Part shown: positions 8,937-19,351 of the stretch, piece by piece | How positions within the stretch are numbered: the stretch's first letter is position 1 | Layout of the letters: the number at the start of each line of letters is the position of its first letter | Assembly: GCA_009379865.1 (NCBI GenBank) | Contig: WHSX01000002.1 | Span: 1-45,672, forward strand | DNA: 45,672 nt | Origin: Candidatus Nitrosocosmicus sp. | GTDB lineage: Archaea; Thermoproteota; Nitrososphaeria; Nitrososphaerales; Nitrososphaeraceae | Direction of reading: 5' to 3' | Translations under genes and position numbers: made by a program | The notes under the pieces: generated by a model | What the model was told of the DNA's origin: nothing | Databases searched by the model: none | The model's input: the letters and a program-made list of their open reading frames with translations, nothing else

Positions 8937-10475
8937 TTAGGATGAACCTCCGGTTTCGATTGGATTTTTTGATGGAGTAACAGCAGCAGCAGCAGTTGCA
9001 GCCGTACCCGTACCCGTACCCGTTACAGGAGGATCATTTATCTTTTCTAAATTATCTGAGATCTCTGAATCTATTTTTTCTATGTTATCAATATTAGGAT
9101 AACCCACTTTGATGCTCTCATCGATAGGTTTTTCATGTGCAGTTGAAGTTTTTGTACGATTCATTATTTTATATGCTAATGGATATACTACAACACCTCC
9201 TATTAATCCTCCAATAACTGAAGGAATATCTGGAGCAAGCGTTACTATTGGTATTGCAATTATTATTCCTACCACAAGGCCGATAATCGCAGGTACATTG
9301 ACCTTTTTTTCTGCTGCAGCAAGTATTTGTTCTTGACTTTGTTTGCGGGTCATAATCCAAAAGTGTCCTATCAATATGCCTCCAACAAGTGATACAATTG
9401 TTCCAAGCAAAAGCAACCATGGAACGATACTACTTAATATATTTGAGGCTGCTACAATAGCACCTACAAACATCACAATAAGAGATATTTTCTTCCATGA
9501 GAGATTAACCTTTCCTTTGGTTATATGATATGATACATTTTTGAATCCCTGAACTGCATTATAAAGACAACCATCACATGTTGATCCATTACTTGCCCAT
9601 TGTATTACCATTATAGGGATTCCTAAAGCCAATGCTCCTAGTCCAAAGTAAAAGTCTAATTCTCCTGAAATAGCGGTAAAGAGTCCTCCTACCATTAACA
9701 TCAAGCAATTGCATATTGGAAAAGCAACCGCCGTTACGGCCCAGGCCTGTCGTGGTGTTTTTGTCCATCTTGTAAAATCACTTGTCATGGTACTACTTAC
9801 GATGAATGTACCGATTGAAGCTGTAAAGCCTAAAGCAAAGGTCCATGGCTGACCAACAACAGGTGATATCCAAGGATCACCACCTGTTCCGCTTGTCGAT
9901 ACGCTAACAATTGAGTATATCATCCATGCTGCAAGGAGTGTAACTGAAACAACAGCAAACCTTCCCATCCAAGCCACTGTTTTAATTCCATATACGGCGA
10001 ATAGTCCGAATAATATAGCGAAAATACCCGCCCAAAATCCAGTTGTCCCTAAAATCCCTGGGAGAACTCCGCTTCCTGTTCCGGCGTTGAACGATTGGTC
10101 ACCGTAAAGTCCTATCATGAGGTCTGCAGCCAACCAAGCTTGAAACGCAAACCATCCTGCAACAAGGGCTGCTATCATAAGTGTCGGAATGGCATAACCG
10201 TATCGTCCAAAAGCTGATTTACACATCAATGCAAAATTTAATCCGTATTTAGATCCATAATGTGCAATAGATCCTGAATAAAAGAACAAAAATATTTGTC
10301 CAGCTATTATTGCCACATATCCCAAAGGCGCACCTAATCCCGCCATTATTTGACTTCCTATGAATATGCAAATGTATGCGTAAGCAAATCCCGCCCAAAT
10401 TAACGCGGGATTCACAAAGCCTAACCTTGCATGCTGAGGTACTGGCCTCTCAGCATATTCCTCTTTTTCAACCAT
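8937..10475 (-). CDS. NCS1 / purine-cytosine permease (CodB-like) transporter
   Basis: About 12 hydrophobic segments; EYAERPVP, SAFGRYG, GWFAFQ, SDFTRW motifs; stop abuts the biuH start. Confidence 0.85.
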   Translation of the reverse strand: MVEKEEYAERPVPQHARLGFVNPALIWAGFAYAYICIFIGSQIMAGLGAPLGYVAIIAGQIFLFFYSGSIAHYGSKYGLNFALMCKSAFGRYGYAIPTLMIAALVAGWFAFQAWLAADLMIGLYGDQSFNAGTGSGVLPGILGTTGFWAGIFAILFGLFAVYGIKTVAWMGRFAVVSVTLLAAWMIYSIVSVSTSGTGGDPWISPVVGQPWTFALGFTASIGTFIVSSTMTSDFTRWTKTPRQAWAVTAVAFPICNCLMLMVGGLFTAISGELDFYFGLGALALGIPIMVIQWASNGSTCDGCLYNAVQGFKNVSYHITKGKVNLSWKKISLIVMFVGAIVAASNILSSIVPWLLLLGTIVSLVGGILIGHFWIMTRKQSQEQILAAAEKKVNVPAIIGLVVGIIIAIPIVTLAPDIPSVIGGLIGGVVVYPLAYKIMNRTKTSTAHEKPIDESIKVGYPNIDNIEKIDSEISDNLEKINDPPVTGTGTGTAATAAAAVTPSKNPIETGGSS

Positions 10476-10533
10476 TTTATATAATTTTCACATTCCTAAT
10501 GTGGTTAATAAACAAATGTCACACTTTTTTAAT

Positions 10534-10571
10534 TATTATTTATAAATAATATATCATATGATTTATGATAT
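10534..10571. promoter_or_regulatory. Two adjacent inverted repeats upstream of the permease operon
   Basis: 18-bp palindrome TATTATTTATAAATAATA (10534-10551) and ATATCATA-N5-TATGATAT (10551-10571); AT-rich, so chance is possible. Confidence 0.25.
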
Positions 10572-10939
10572 ATCATTTTTTGTATGTTTTATGATTATTA
10601 AATGACGTTCTCCATGGATGATATGTCAACTAGAAGAGTGAGAGAGAATTAGTCAACGATTAGTATAGGAGGGTATATAATGATTTATCGGATTTACTCA
10701 CGGGTGATGCCAATAAGTAATTTAACGTATTGCAGTAAAACATCAAATATATTTCTTAAAAAGCTATACCTTTATTTCCGTTTGTATTGATCCAATGATG
10801 ACTTCTTAAATATGATAATATTTTTTGAAATAACGTTATGGTAGCTCACACTAATTGAATAAACATATAGAATTTAGTATCGCTTTATTTACGAATAAAA
10901 AAGGAAAATTTTGAAAAATCGATTTTAAGTAGATATCAT

Positions 10940-11446
10940 TTATTGTGTGAAGGATTTGGATTTAATATTTGCAGCTTGTTCTTCTACTTCTGAAGATAAT
11001 CGCATCTTCAATCGTTCGAGTTCTACACTAATATTGTCATGATGTAAACCAAGAATTTGTGCAGCTAATATAGCAGCGTTTCTTGCGCCATTTACTGATA
11101 CTGTAGCAACTGGAACGCCGTCTGGCATTTGTAACATTGAAAGAATTGAATCCAGTCCATCAAGAAGAGGTGATTTCAAGGGAACGGCTATTACTGGCAA
11201 TGTAGTAAATGCAGCAATCATTCCAGGTAAATGAGCCGCCCCTTTAGCAGTTGCAATAATTACCTCTATTCCTCTCTCTTTCGCGTTCTTGATATATTCA
11301 ATCATCTGATGTGGCGCTCTGTGTGCAGAAATTACTGTTACCTCACACGATATTCCAAGCGACCTTAACGTTACTAGTGATTCATTCATAACTTCCAGAT
11401 CTTTCTCATTTGGCATTACCACCGAAACCAAAACCTTATCATTCAT
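10940..11446 (-). CDS. purE: PurE-family N5-CAIR mutase homolog with a divergent phosphate-binding loop
   Basis: VISAHR, AAHLPGMIAA, QMPDGVPVATV, NAAILA; canonical MGSxSD is replaced by MPNEKD. Confidence 0.8.
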   Translation of the reverse strand: MNDKVLVSVVMPNEKDLEVMNESLVTLRSLGISCEVTVISAHRAPHQMIEYIKNAKERGIEVIIATAKGAAHLPGMIAAFTTLPVIAVPLKSPLLDGLDSILSMLQMPDGVPVATVSVNGARNAAILAAQILGLHHDNISVELERLKMRLSSEVEEQAANIKSKSFTQ

Positions 11447-11763
11447 TTGTTTATCAATTCTAAATGAAAAGTTAACTTCAATTTATATTATCATGTAAGA
11501 TTTAATGCCTTAAACTTAACAATATGGGTCTATCTCAATTACAATGATGTTTGCAATCTAGGGATATTTTTTTCTGATCAATTCATTAAACTTTGGAGAA
11601 CTATTATTATCTTAGTTACTATCTTATTCAATTATTTTTTATGTATTATTATCTGATTAATTGAATATTTTAGGATGGGTATAGTTATACGAGAATTGCT
11701 ATCTTGGCTTTAAGGTGTTGTTTATATGGCTCGTCTCGAATTTAGATAAATAAGGTAATTCAT

Positions 11764-12645
11764 TTGAGGATAGCTCGTATATTGCAAAAAGATAAAGAAA
11801 CATTTGCAATTATGAACAATAATGGTAAGGGTATTACAAGAGATGAAATTATCAATCAGCTAAACTTATTTTTACCTTACGATCTTGAAGATTTTTTATT
11901 TTATGGATATGCAAAGTTCATCCGTGATACTGCTTTATCCAAATTGTCTTATTATCATCAATTCGATGAGTTTCATCTTCTTCCTCCAATAATCAGAACA
12001 TTTAAAATTATTTGTTTGTCGTTTAACTATATAGATCAAGGCAGTTGGATTAGATTCGGAAAGAACCCTCCAAAAGAACCGGTAATTTATCTAAAACCCA
12101 GAACAAGTTTAATAGGTCCTTTCGAAGATATTGTTTGTCCAGATTTTGTTAATGAACTAGACTATGAAGGAGAATTAGCACTTATTATTGGTAAAAGATG
12201 CAAAAAAATAGACATTTATGATGCTCTGGATTATGTTGCTGGATACTTTATACTAAACGATATTTCTTCACGTGATGTACAATTTATGGATAAGCAATAC
12301 AGTAGAGCTAAAGGTTTTGATACCTTTGGCCCGTGTGGCCCATGGGTTACTACCTCGGATGAGATTCCAGATCCAAATAAATTACATTTAGTTACTAAGG
12401 TAAATGACGAAATACGACAAAATTCTTCAACTGAAAATATGGTACTAAAGGTTAACGAAATAATATCCAAATTGAGCAGGATTATGACTTTGGAACCTGG
12501 GGACATAATATCTACGGGTACTCCTAGTGGAACTGGCTTATCCCTGTCATCTACTTCAAAATATTTAAAAAACAATGACATTGTTGAAGTTGAAATCGAA
12601 AAACTCGGTAAGATCAGAAATAAGGTTGTTATTGTAAGAGATTAA
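11764..12645 (+). CDS. Fumarylacetoacetate hydrolase (FAH) family protein
   Basis: KIICLSFNY, LDYEGELA, NDISSRD, AKGFDTFGPCGP, LEPGDIISTGTPSG. Confidence 0.92.
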   Translation: MRIARILQKDKETFAIMNNNGKGITRDEIINQLNLFLPYDLEDFLFYGYAKFIRDTALSKLSYYHQFDEFHLLPPIIRTFKIICLSFNYIDQGSWIRFGKNPPKEPVIYLKPRTSLIGPFEDIVCPDFVNELDYEGELALIIGKRCKKIDIYDALDYVAGYFILNDISSRDVQFMDKQYSRAKGFDTFGPCGPWVTTSDEIPDPNKLHLVTKVNDEIRQNSSTENMVLKVNEIISKLSRIMTLEPGDIISTGTPSGTGLSLSSTSKYLKNNDIVEVEIEKLGKIRNKVVIVRD

Positions 12646-12745
12646 GATTACATATTTACTTCATTCGTGTAGTAGACTATGAATTACAAAATTTTCTATT
12701 CTTATAACTATCATAATGATAAATAAATTAAAAGATATTCTAAAT

Positions 12746-12834
12746 TTGTATTAGAACCCTACTACCACAGGGAACTTAATCCCCACGCGCCCAGACTATT
12801 ACTAAATATCATACCAAATTATCGATATTAAGCA
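12746..12834 (+). repeat. ATCCCCAC-core site 7 (X + R1a)
   Basis: 81/90 match to 2086-2175. Confidence 0.9.
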
Positions 12835-13047
12835 AATGAAATAATGATCTGTGAAAAAATGATCTATAACCTTAACCTTAACCTAAAATTTAACGTCAAC
12901 TAGATAAAGAAACTAATTTATTTCAGAAAAGAAGCATGTTGACATCCCTAATACTTGTTACTTTTCAATCACATTAATTAATTGATTATCATGTAGGTCC
13001 TAAATGGAATTCAAAAATTAATATTGTCGGATCAAAATAATATATTT

Positions 13048-15276
13048 TTAAATTAAAATGGGCAATGTAAAAGAAATCGTTGCTCCTATCCCGTCTTTAT
13101 TAGGTTCAACCCAAATCTTGCCTTGGTGCATATTTATAATGTTCCTACAAATAAACAATCCCAATCCTGTACCATAAAATGATTTGGTAGCAAACTTGGT
13201 AAAGAGTCTTGGTAGTATTTCCGGATGAATTCCCTCACCATTATCTTTTATCTGAACTATCAGGTTGTTTTCATTTGTTCTAATAGTAATAGTTATGAAA
13301 CCAGGTTCTCCGTTTGCGATAAAGTTGATTGAATTATCTATTAAATTCGAAATAACCTGAGCAATGCGAAGCTTATCTCCAAACACCATAATTTTTTTTT
13401 CAAAACCAATAAGTTCAAACCTTATTTTTTTCTCAGTAATATCGACTAATTTATTCCTATTTTCAAGCATTATTTGAAAATTCTTTATAACATCTAAAAT
13501 GACTTCTGTAATACTAAATTTACTCATAGAAATATTAAACAATTTTCCTTCGATCTTGGTTACTGTTAGAATGTTTTCGGTCAATGTGTGTAATTTATGT
13601 GCACTTGCAATTACAACCTCTAGTAATGATTTCTGATCCTTGTCAAGCAGGTTATCTTTGACATGTTTTGTCAAACCAATTATTGGTTGAATAGGTGTCC
13701 GTAATTCATGTGCAACAACATCTATGAATTCACGTTGCATTTTGTCATGAGTTTTAAGCCTTGCATATACGTTCTTTAAGAAATAGTATAATTCTGATTG
13801 GTTCCATAGTGCATCAAAAATAAATGCATAGGAATTTGATATAGGTGTACTATTTGAATAAGATGCAAGTCCTATTGAATTCAAAGGATCTTCCGTTGTA
13901 TTATTTTTAAACTCTATGATTATTGATTTGCTCCTATCAACTACCAACAAGCCAACTTCTGATTGAATATCGTTACCAGAGATCGCTCTAATTTTCATAT
14001 TCTTTATAGAGTTAACGCTAAAGTCAAACGACTTGTTATCGATATCATCTGTACCGAATTTTCTTTTGTTGTCTTGTAAAAGATAAAAATTATTTTTGAA
14101 TAATTCATTTATAACCTTCTGTCTTTGGGGGTCTAGTTTTTCGGTAACAAGAATCTTAATAGATAAATCCTTATTTTGAACAGCATTTTTTATATCCGCG
14201 AAAAAGTCATTTTCCACCTGTCTTTTGAGGGATTCAAAAGTTGGAAGTATTCCTAATATTTCTTGTTTAGCCGACGATATCAAGTTTTTGATCAAACTAA
14301 AAGTTTCATAGGATTTTTCAATCGTTTCAAAGAAAGGTATCTCTATGCCTTCTTCGATTGACTTAATTATATCTACAGCTTCTCTACTATTATTCCATAA
14401 TCTGTCAAATAATGATTTAAAATTATGTATATATGCAGGTTCGTTGCTGTATAAAATACTATCCACAAAATTCTTGTCAGGTATTTTCTGTATTGCAGTC
14501 GCAAGATGTGATTCAGTAACGCCAAAGTTGATAAAAGGAGCTTCTTTTAAGTGGCGTATATCCGCACCCATATCAAGGTACTCTTTAACTAAGTTTAAAT
14601 TTTCCTTTGATATTTCAATTAAAATTCTGAAACCTTTGTGTGATCCTTCTTTCTTTTTTTCTAAAAGAACTTTTGTCAAAGGTAGAAAAAATTTGTAGCC
14701 AATCCTCAGACCTTCAGTAGTAATACAAACGCTTAATTCGTTAGAATCTAAAAGACTTGAGGCAAGTTCTTCAACTATCAAGGGACTACCGGATATTGTT
14801 ACTATTTTGGTTTCATAATTTATTTTATTTTCTTCAATTTCCATTATTTTTTTGGTTGCTGAGACAGCATTTTTCCAAAGGGAATCAAAAAAATATTGCT
14901 CCTGTGCCACTATATCACTAACGTTGCTATAAATAAGGTGAGCTGGCACTTGCTCTTTTCGGAGAACTGTTATAGCCATATACTCAGATTCACTGATTGC
15001 AAATTCCCCCTTTAAGCCGTCCAGATGCCGTAGTTCACTAACCAGGTTTAATAATTCTTTACAATCTTGTATATTCTCATGAGTAACTTCGGTAACACAT
15101 CTAATTTTACCACCTCTAGATATAAGATCTTTGTAACCATTCCTATACCCACCAAGCTTGATTACTCTGCATGGGCCTTTCTGATCCAGTGTAATATCCA
15201 TTTTTATCTTGGTATTTTCTATAAATTTATTTGTCTTTTCCAAAATAATTCTAGAATCATATATGACTTCAGACAT
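13048..15276 (-). CDS. Cytoplasmic sensor histidine kinase of the Nitrososphaerales type
   Basis: H-box AHELRTPIQPI, N-box QVISNLIDNS, DNGEGI, GTGLGL; three repeated N-terminal units ending YSN...FD.LW. Confidence 0.92.
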   Translation of the reverse strand: MSEVIYDSRIILEKTNKFIENTKIKMDITLDQKGPCRVIKLGGYRNGYKDLISRGGKIRCVTEVTHENIQDCKELLNLVSELRHLDGLKGEFAISESEYMAITVLRKEQVPAHLIYSNVSDIVAQEQYFFDSLWKNAVSATKKIMEIEENKINYETKIVTISGSPLIVEELASSLLDSNELSVCITTEGLRIGYKFFLPLTKVLLEKKKEGSHKGFRILIEISKENLNLVKEYLDMGADIRHLKEAPFINFGVTESHLATAIQKIPDKNFVDSILYSNEPAYIHNFKSLFDRLWNNSREAVDIIKSIEEGIEIPFFETIEKSYETFSLIKNLISSAKQEILGILPTFESLKRQVENDFFADIKNAVQNKDLSIKILVTEKLDPQRQKVINELFKNNFYLLQDNKRKFGTDDIDNKSFDFSVNSIKNMKIRAISGNDIQSEVGLLVVDRSKSIIIEFKNNTTEDPLNSIGLASYSNSTPISNSYAFIFDALWNQSELYYFLKNVYARLKTHDKMQREFIDVVAHELRTPIQPIIGLTKHVKDNLLDKDQKSLLEVVIASAHKLHTLTENILTVTKIEGKLFNISMSKFSITEVILDVIKNFQIMLENRNKLVDITEKKIRFELIGFEKKIMVFGDKLRIAQVISNLIDNSINFIANGEPGFITITIRTNENNLIVQIKDNGEGIHPEILPRLFTKFATKSFYGTGLGLFICRNIINMHQGKIWVEPNKDGIGATISFTLPILI

Positions 15277-15590
15277 CCCATCTTTAGTAACATCGCTAGA
15301 TATGACGAATCAAATTTATATTATATTTCTAATATATAATTCTTTATTATAGGAATCGAGCATTGCTTGAATCTGTATAGTTTTAGAATTCAAAATTAAA
15401 TTAATAAAATTAAGGACGTTTGGAAAATAAAAAAGACATTAAATTGATATTACATAATTTAAAATGTACAATCAAATTTTAATAACAAATTTATGGATAT
15501 GTGATGTTATTAGAAGATACATTCTGTATTCTGTTTTTCAGATTCTAGATAGAGAGAAATACTCGTTAATATATTCTTAATGCGTATAAA

Positions 15591-16616
15591 ATGAGACTAA
15601 AACAACTAGATAGGAAACTAGCCATTATTTTAGTTTTGAGTATAATTTTGATGCCATTTTCCAGCTCATTTAATAGGGTGAGTGCTCAGGTTTCAGATGG
15701 AAATACGATAAACCTGGTATTAACATTATGGGTTCCCAATTTTTTGGCATATGTTGCCCAAGAAAAGGGGTATTTTGATAAAAATAACGTACAAGTGAAT
15801 CTAACATTAATTCAAGATTATGCAGAAGCAGTACGGGGCTACTCAAACGGAGACTATGATGGAATGTTTATTGTATACTCTGATGCCTTAATACAAGATT
15901 CTGAAGGAATTGATACTAAAGTCGTATACAATATTGATACATCATATGATGCAGATGCAATTATAGGTACAGTAGACAACCTTACCGACGTGAAGGGTAA
16001 AAAAGTTGGCGTCGAAGGGATCAATAGTTTTTCACATATATTCATGTTAAAGTCTTTGGAAAATGTTGGTCTTGGTGAAGGGGATGTTGAATTCGTAAAT
16101 ATCCTCGGTCAAAACATGCCAGATGCGCTAACCAAAGGGGAAATTGTTGCAGGACATGTTTATGAACCATTTATTACAGAGGGAGTAAAGAAAGGATTCA
16201 AAATTCTCTCCACTGGCGCGGATATTCCAGGGACCATTACAAACGTATTAGCATTTCATTCCGATATAGTGAAACAAAGACCAATTGATATTCAAAACAT
16301 TATAAAGTCATTGATAGAAGCAAAGGAAGATTATGATAAAAATTCGGTGCAAGATATAGAAATAATGTCTTCGAAATCCGGGTTAAGCAAAGATATAATC
16401 ATTGAAGGGCTTAATAATGTCAAGTTCTTAGACCTGGACTATAACGAACGATTTTCAATGAATAAGGAATTAAATGAAACACAATCGTTGTACTTTTCTG
16501 GAAATTCTATTACAAAATTTTATGCTGAAAGGGGAGTGATTAGTGAATATCCAAATATAGAAGACATAGTTGAACCAAAATTTGTAAATCAATTACTAAT
16601 GGAAAAACATAACTAA
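15591..16616 (+). CDS. NMT1/SsuA/TauA-type substrate-binding protein (no permease or ATPase nearby)
   Basis: N-terminal signal/TM segment, YVAQEKGYF, DVKGKKVG, AGHVYEPF. Confidence 0.85.
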   Translation: MRLKQLDRKLAIILVLSIILMPFSSSFNRVSAQVSDGNTINLVLTLWVPNFLAYVAQEKGYFDKNNVQVNLTLIQDYAEAVRGYSNGDYDGMFIVYSDALIQDSEGIDTKVVYNIDTSYDADAIIGTVDNLTDVKGKKVGVEGINSFSHIFMLKSLENVGLGEGDVEFVNILGQNMPDALTKGEIVAGHVYEPFITEGVKKGFKILSTGADIPGTITNVLAFHSDIVKQRPIDIQNIIKSLIEAKEDYDKNSVQDIEIMSSKSGLSKDIIIEGLNNVKFLDLDYNERFSMNKELNETQSLYFSGNSITKFYAERGVISEYPNIEDIVEPKFVNQLLMEKHN

Positions 16617-16644
16617 AATGAGATATCTGCAAGGTAAATAGAAT

Positions 16645-18565
16645 TTGAAAATTAGAACAAAGCTTATCGTGACCATGATTCCACTAGTGTCTTTTTCCAT
16701 ATTGATACTATCCTACGTGGCATTTCAAAATTTTGCGGCCACCATACAAACTCAATTAATTAATGAATTAATAACGATGGCCAGCCATACGATGGATAAT
16801 CTATCGACTCAAATGTTTGAGAGGATTGCTGATGTACAATTTCTGTCTGCAAGTAATATATTGGTAAATTCAAATTTAACAAAATCTGAAAAAATGGACT
16901 ATCTTCGTTCAATGGAAAGATCATTCAAAACATATTCATCCATTTCCGTGTATGATAAAGAGGATATTAAAATTGGGGATACCCGGAATATTCTTATAGG
17001 GGAAAATGAATCGGATAAAACCTTCTATAAAGAAGCAATTAAGGGAAAAATCTATTATGATACTGTACCTACTTTATCTGAATCATTGAATCAGTACGTA
17101 ATACATTTTGCTGCTCCATTGTATAATGAAAGTAATGATATTGAAGGCGTCGTAGTTACTAGACAGCCAATAAATAAAATACACGATATCTTCAAGGAAA
17201 TCGGTTTAGAGGATAACCAAATAGCTTCAGATAGTAGTAATCTCAAATTAGATTTAATATCGAGCAATGGAACTGTGATATATTCCAACCACGATAGAAA
17301 ATCAATTTTGCAAATAATACCGGGATTCCAAGAACTCATTTCAACTAACGATCAACAGAATAATAGATCTTTATTGAATCCCTCTTCAACGGAAACCCGA
17401 ATTTATAATGATGAAATAATAGTGAGTGTGCCGCAGGGACCTGGCCACTTAGACTATACTGGAAGCAACTGGTTTCTTTTACTTAGAGAAAATGCAGATA
17501 TTGTATTTGGAAATTTAGAGAAAACAGTAAATCAATTTCTAATAATTTCAGGCATTATATTGATAGCCTCAATAATCCTTATTTTGTTCATCGCTAAGAA
17601 CATTTCTTTATCCTTGTCAAAGCTTATGAAAAAGGTAATTGAAATAGGTAAGGGAAATTATGATTCCAGAATTGATATCAAAAGCTCTGACGAAGTTGGT
17701 GAATTAGCGTTAAATTTTGAGTCAATGAGGCAGAGTGTAAATCAAGTGAACCAGACTTTGAATAAACGGGTTATGGAGAGAACAGTCGAATTAGAAAAAG
17801 CAAACGAAGAACTAAAACTAAATGATGAATATTTAGGAAAAATAAACAAAGAATTGGTATCAGCTGATAAAGCAAAAGAAGAATTTATGTCTATGGTTAG
17901 TCATGAATTAAAAACTCCACTAGTGCCTGTCAGAGGTTATGTTGAGCTTTTACTAAGACAAAAAAAAAAACAGGTGAACTCAATGAAAAACAGAAGAAAT
18001 ACGCAGATATGGTGTACAGAAATATATTAAAATTAGAAGTTCTAGTTAATGATGTTCTTGATGGATACAAAATTGATATGGGAAAGTTTAAAATTCAAAA
18101 AAATCTAGTAAATGTAAGAGATTTGATTTCATCAGTTGTATCAGATATGCCTTCTTTAATTGGTGAAAAACACATCATTGTTCAAGTAGATTCAAAATTG
18201 GAAGAAGAAACCACTATTATGTGTGACCAAAAAAGGATCGAGCAAGTATTCGCAAATTTGATTAAGAATTCGATAGATTTTGTACCAAAAAGCAACGGGA
18301 AAATAACTATTGCTGCAGAATTGATTCAAAACAAAAAGATGGTTCAATTTTCAATAGAAGACAATGGCAGTGGTATTCCAGAAGATAAAATGAATAAACT
18401 ATTTCACAAGTTCTATCAAGTTGATACAAGTTTAATAAGAAAACATGGTGGTAGTGGGCTTGGTTTAGCAATTTCCAAGGGCATTGTAAAGCACACGGTG
18501 GTAAGATGTGGTTTGATAAAGAATATAGGCCTGGTGCAGCCTTTAGATTTACAATACCTTTTTAA
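16645..18565 (+). pseudogene. Membrane Cache-HAMP-HisKA-HATPase sensor kinase with two frameshifts
   Basis: TM-sensor-TM-HAMP (DEVGELA) and SHELKTPL; frameshift in the A11 run 17960-17970 (restored frame TGELNEKQKKYADMVYRN); second 1-nt loss near 18489 (restored frame AHGGKMWF...FRFTIPF*, stop 18563-18565). Could be assembly error. Confidence 0.8.
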
Positions 18566-18596
18566 ACCGAGAAGAAATCGGTATAATAACGATACA

Positions 18597-19013
18597 ATGA
18601 GTCGCGATTTATCATCACCCTCGGTAACACCAGTTTCCAGAGTTCTCATCATAGATGATAATGAGGACATTACTGAATTGGTTAAAGACTATCTGGAAAC
18701 AGAAGATATAGAATGTAAAATAATTAATAGAGGGATAGATGGCCTTGAGGAAATACGAAAGAATAATGGATATTATGATGTAATTTTACTGGATCTGGCC
18801 ATGCCAGAATTCAGCGGATTGGATGTTTTTAACAAACTTAAGGAGGAGAATTTGTTAAAGTCTAATAATGTAATAATATTTACTGCTTCGTCGACGCAGA
18901 AGAGTGAATTAAATGATATGATGAAAGGTGGCGCCAAATATATTTTGAAAAAACCTTCCTCGATAGATGAAATACTCGATGTAGTTACAAGATTCACAAT
19001 CAAAAAGAGATGA
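18597..19013 (+). CDS. Stand-alone response regulator (receiver domain)
   Basis: VLIIDDNED, ILLDLAMPEFSG, IIFTAS, ILKKP; own ATG at 18597; the ORF-track fusion to the kinase arises from the frameshift. Confidence 0.88.
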   Translation: MSRDLSSPSVTPVSRVLIIDDNEDITELVKDYLETEDIECKIINRGIDGLEEIRKNNGYYDVILLDLAMPEFSGLDVFNKLKEENLLKSNNVIIFTASSTQKSELNDMMKGGAKYILKKPSSIDEILDVVTRFTIKKR

Positions 19014-19201
19014 AATCTGAAAAACTTAACTTGTAGGCAGTTTAACCAATATTATACTACCATCATTTAACAATCATTATCATGTAGGAGTCTTGCATTA
19101 AGTTTTGATTTTCTTATCATGGTAAATCCTCCTCTCCAATTGACATTATTTTGAATCACAAGATGTTGCCATCAGGGTATATTTTGACAAGACGAGAATT
19201 T

Positions 19202-19351
19202 TCGAATTTTTTGCTTGTTAATTCTCTTATAATGGGAAACGGAAAGACTATCTTCAAAGACTTGAAAGAGATCCAAAAACTTACATTGATCGAATCCAAG
19301 GTGTTTGACTGTGGTCTGATTTTGCTCCACTATGAAGTAAAGAAATACTAA
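19202..19351 (+). pseudogene. 3' remnant of a DHFR-like gene, paralog of 5566-6159
   Basis: GNGKTIFKDLKEIQKLTLIESKVFDCGLILLHYEVKKY versus GNGKTIFKDLKEIRKLSLIESIAFDSGTVLLHYEVKRN; both are followed by AAATAAATAAATGGAA. Confidence 0.85.

Noticed and set aside
8980..9024. (GCA)n and (CCCGTA)n microsatellites in the permease tail, and similar Pro and Gly-Asp runs in the transposase
   Set aside because: In-frame low-complexity expansions with no evidence of function.
10476..10939. Guanidine riboswitch upstream of the permease
   Set aside because: No GC-rich hairpins or ykkC-type motifs are recognisable.
18009..19013. Hybrid kinase-receiver ORF in the supplied track
   Set aside because: Produced by a frameshift near 18489; the kinase C-terminus is in another frame and the receiver has its own ATG at 18597.
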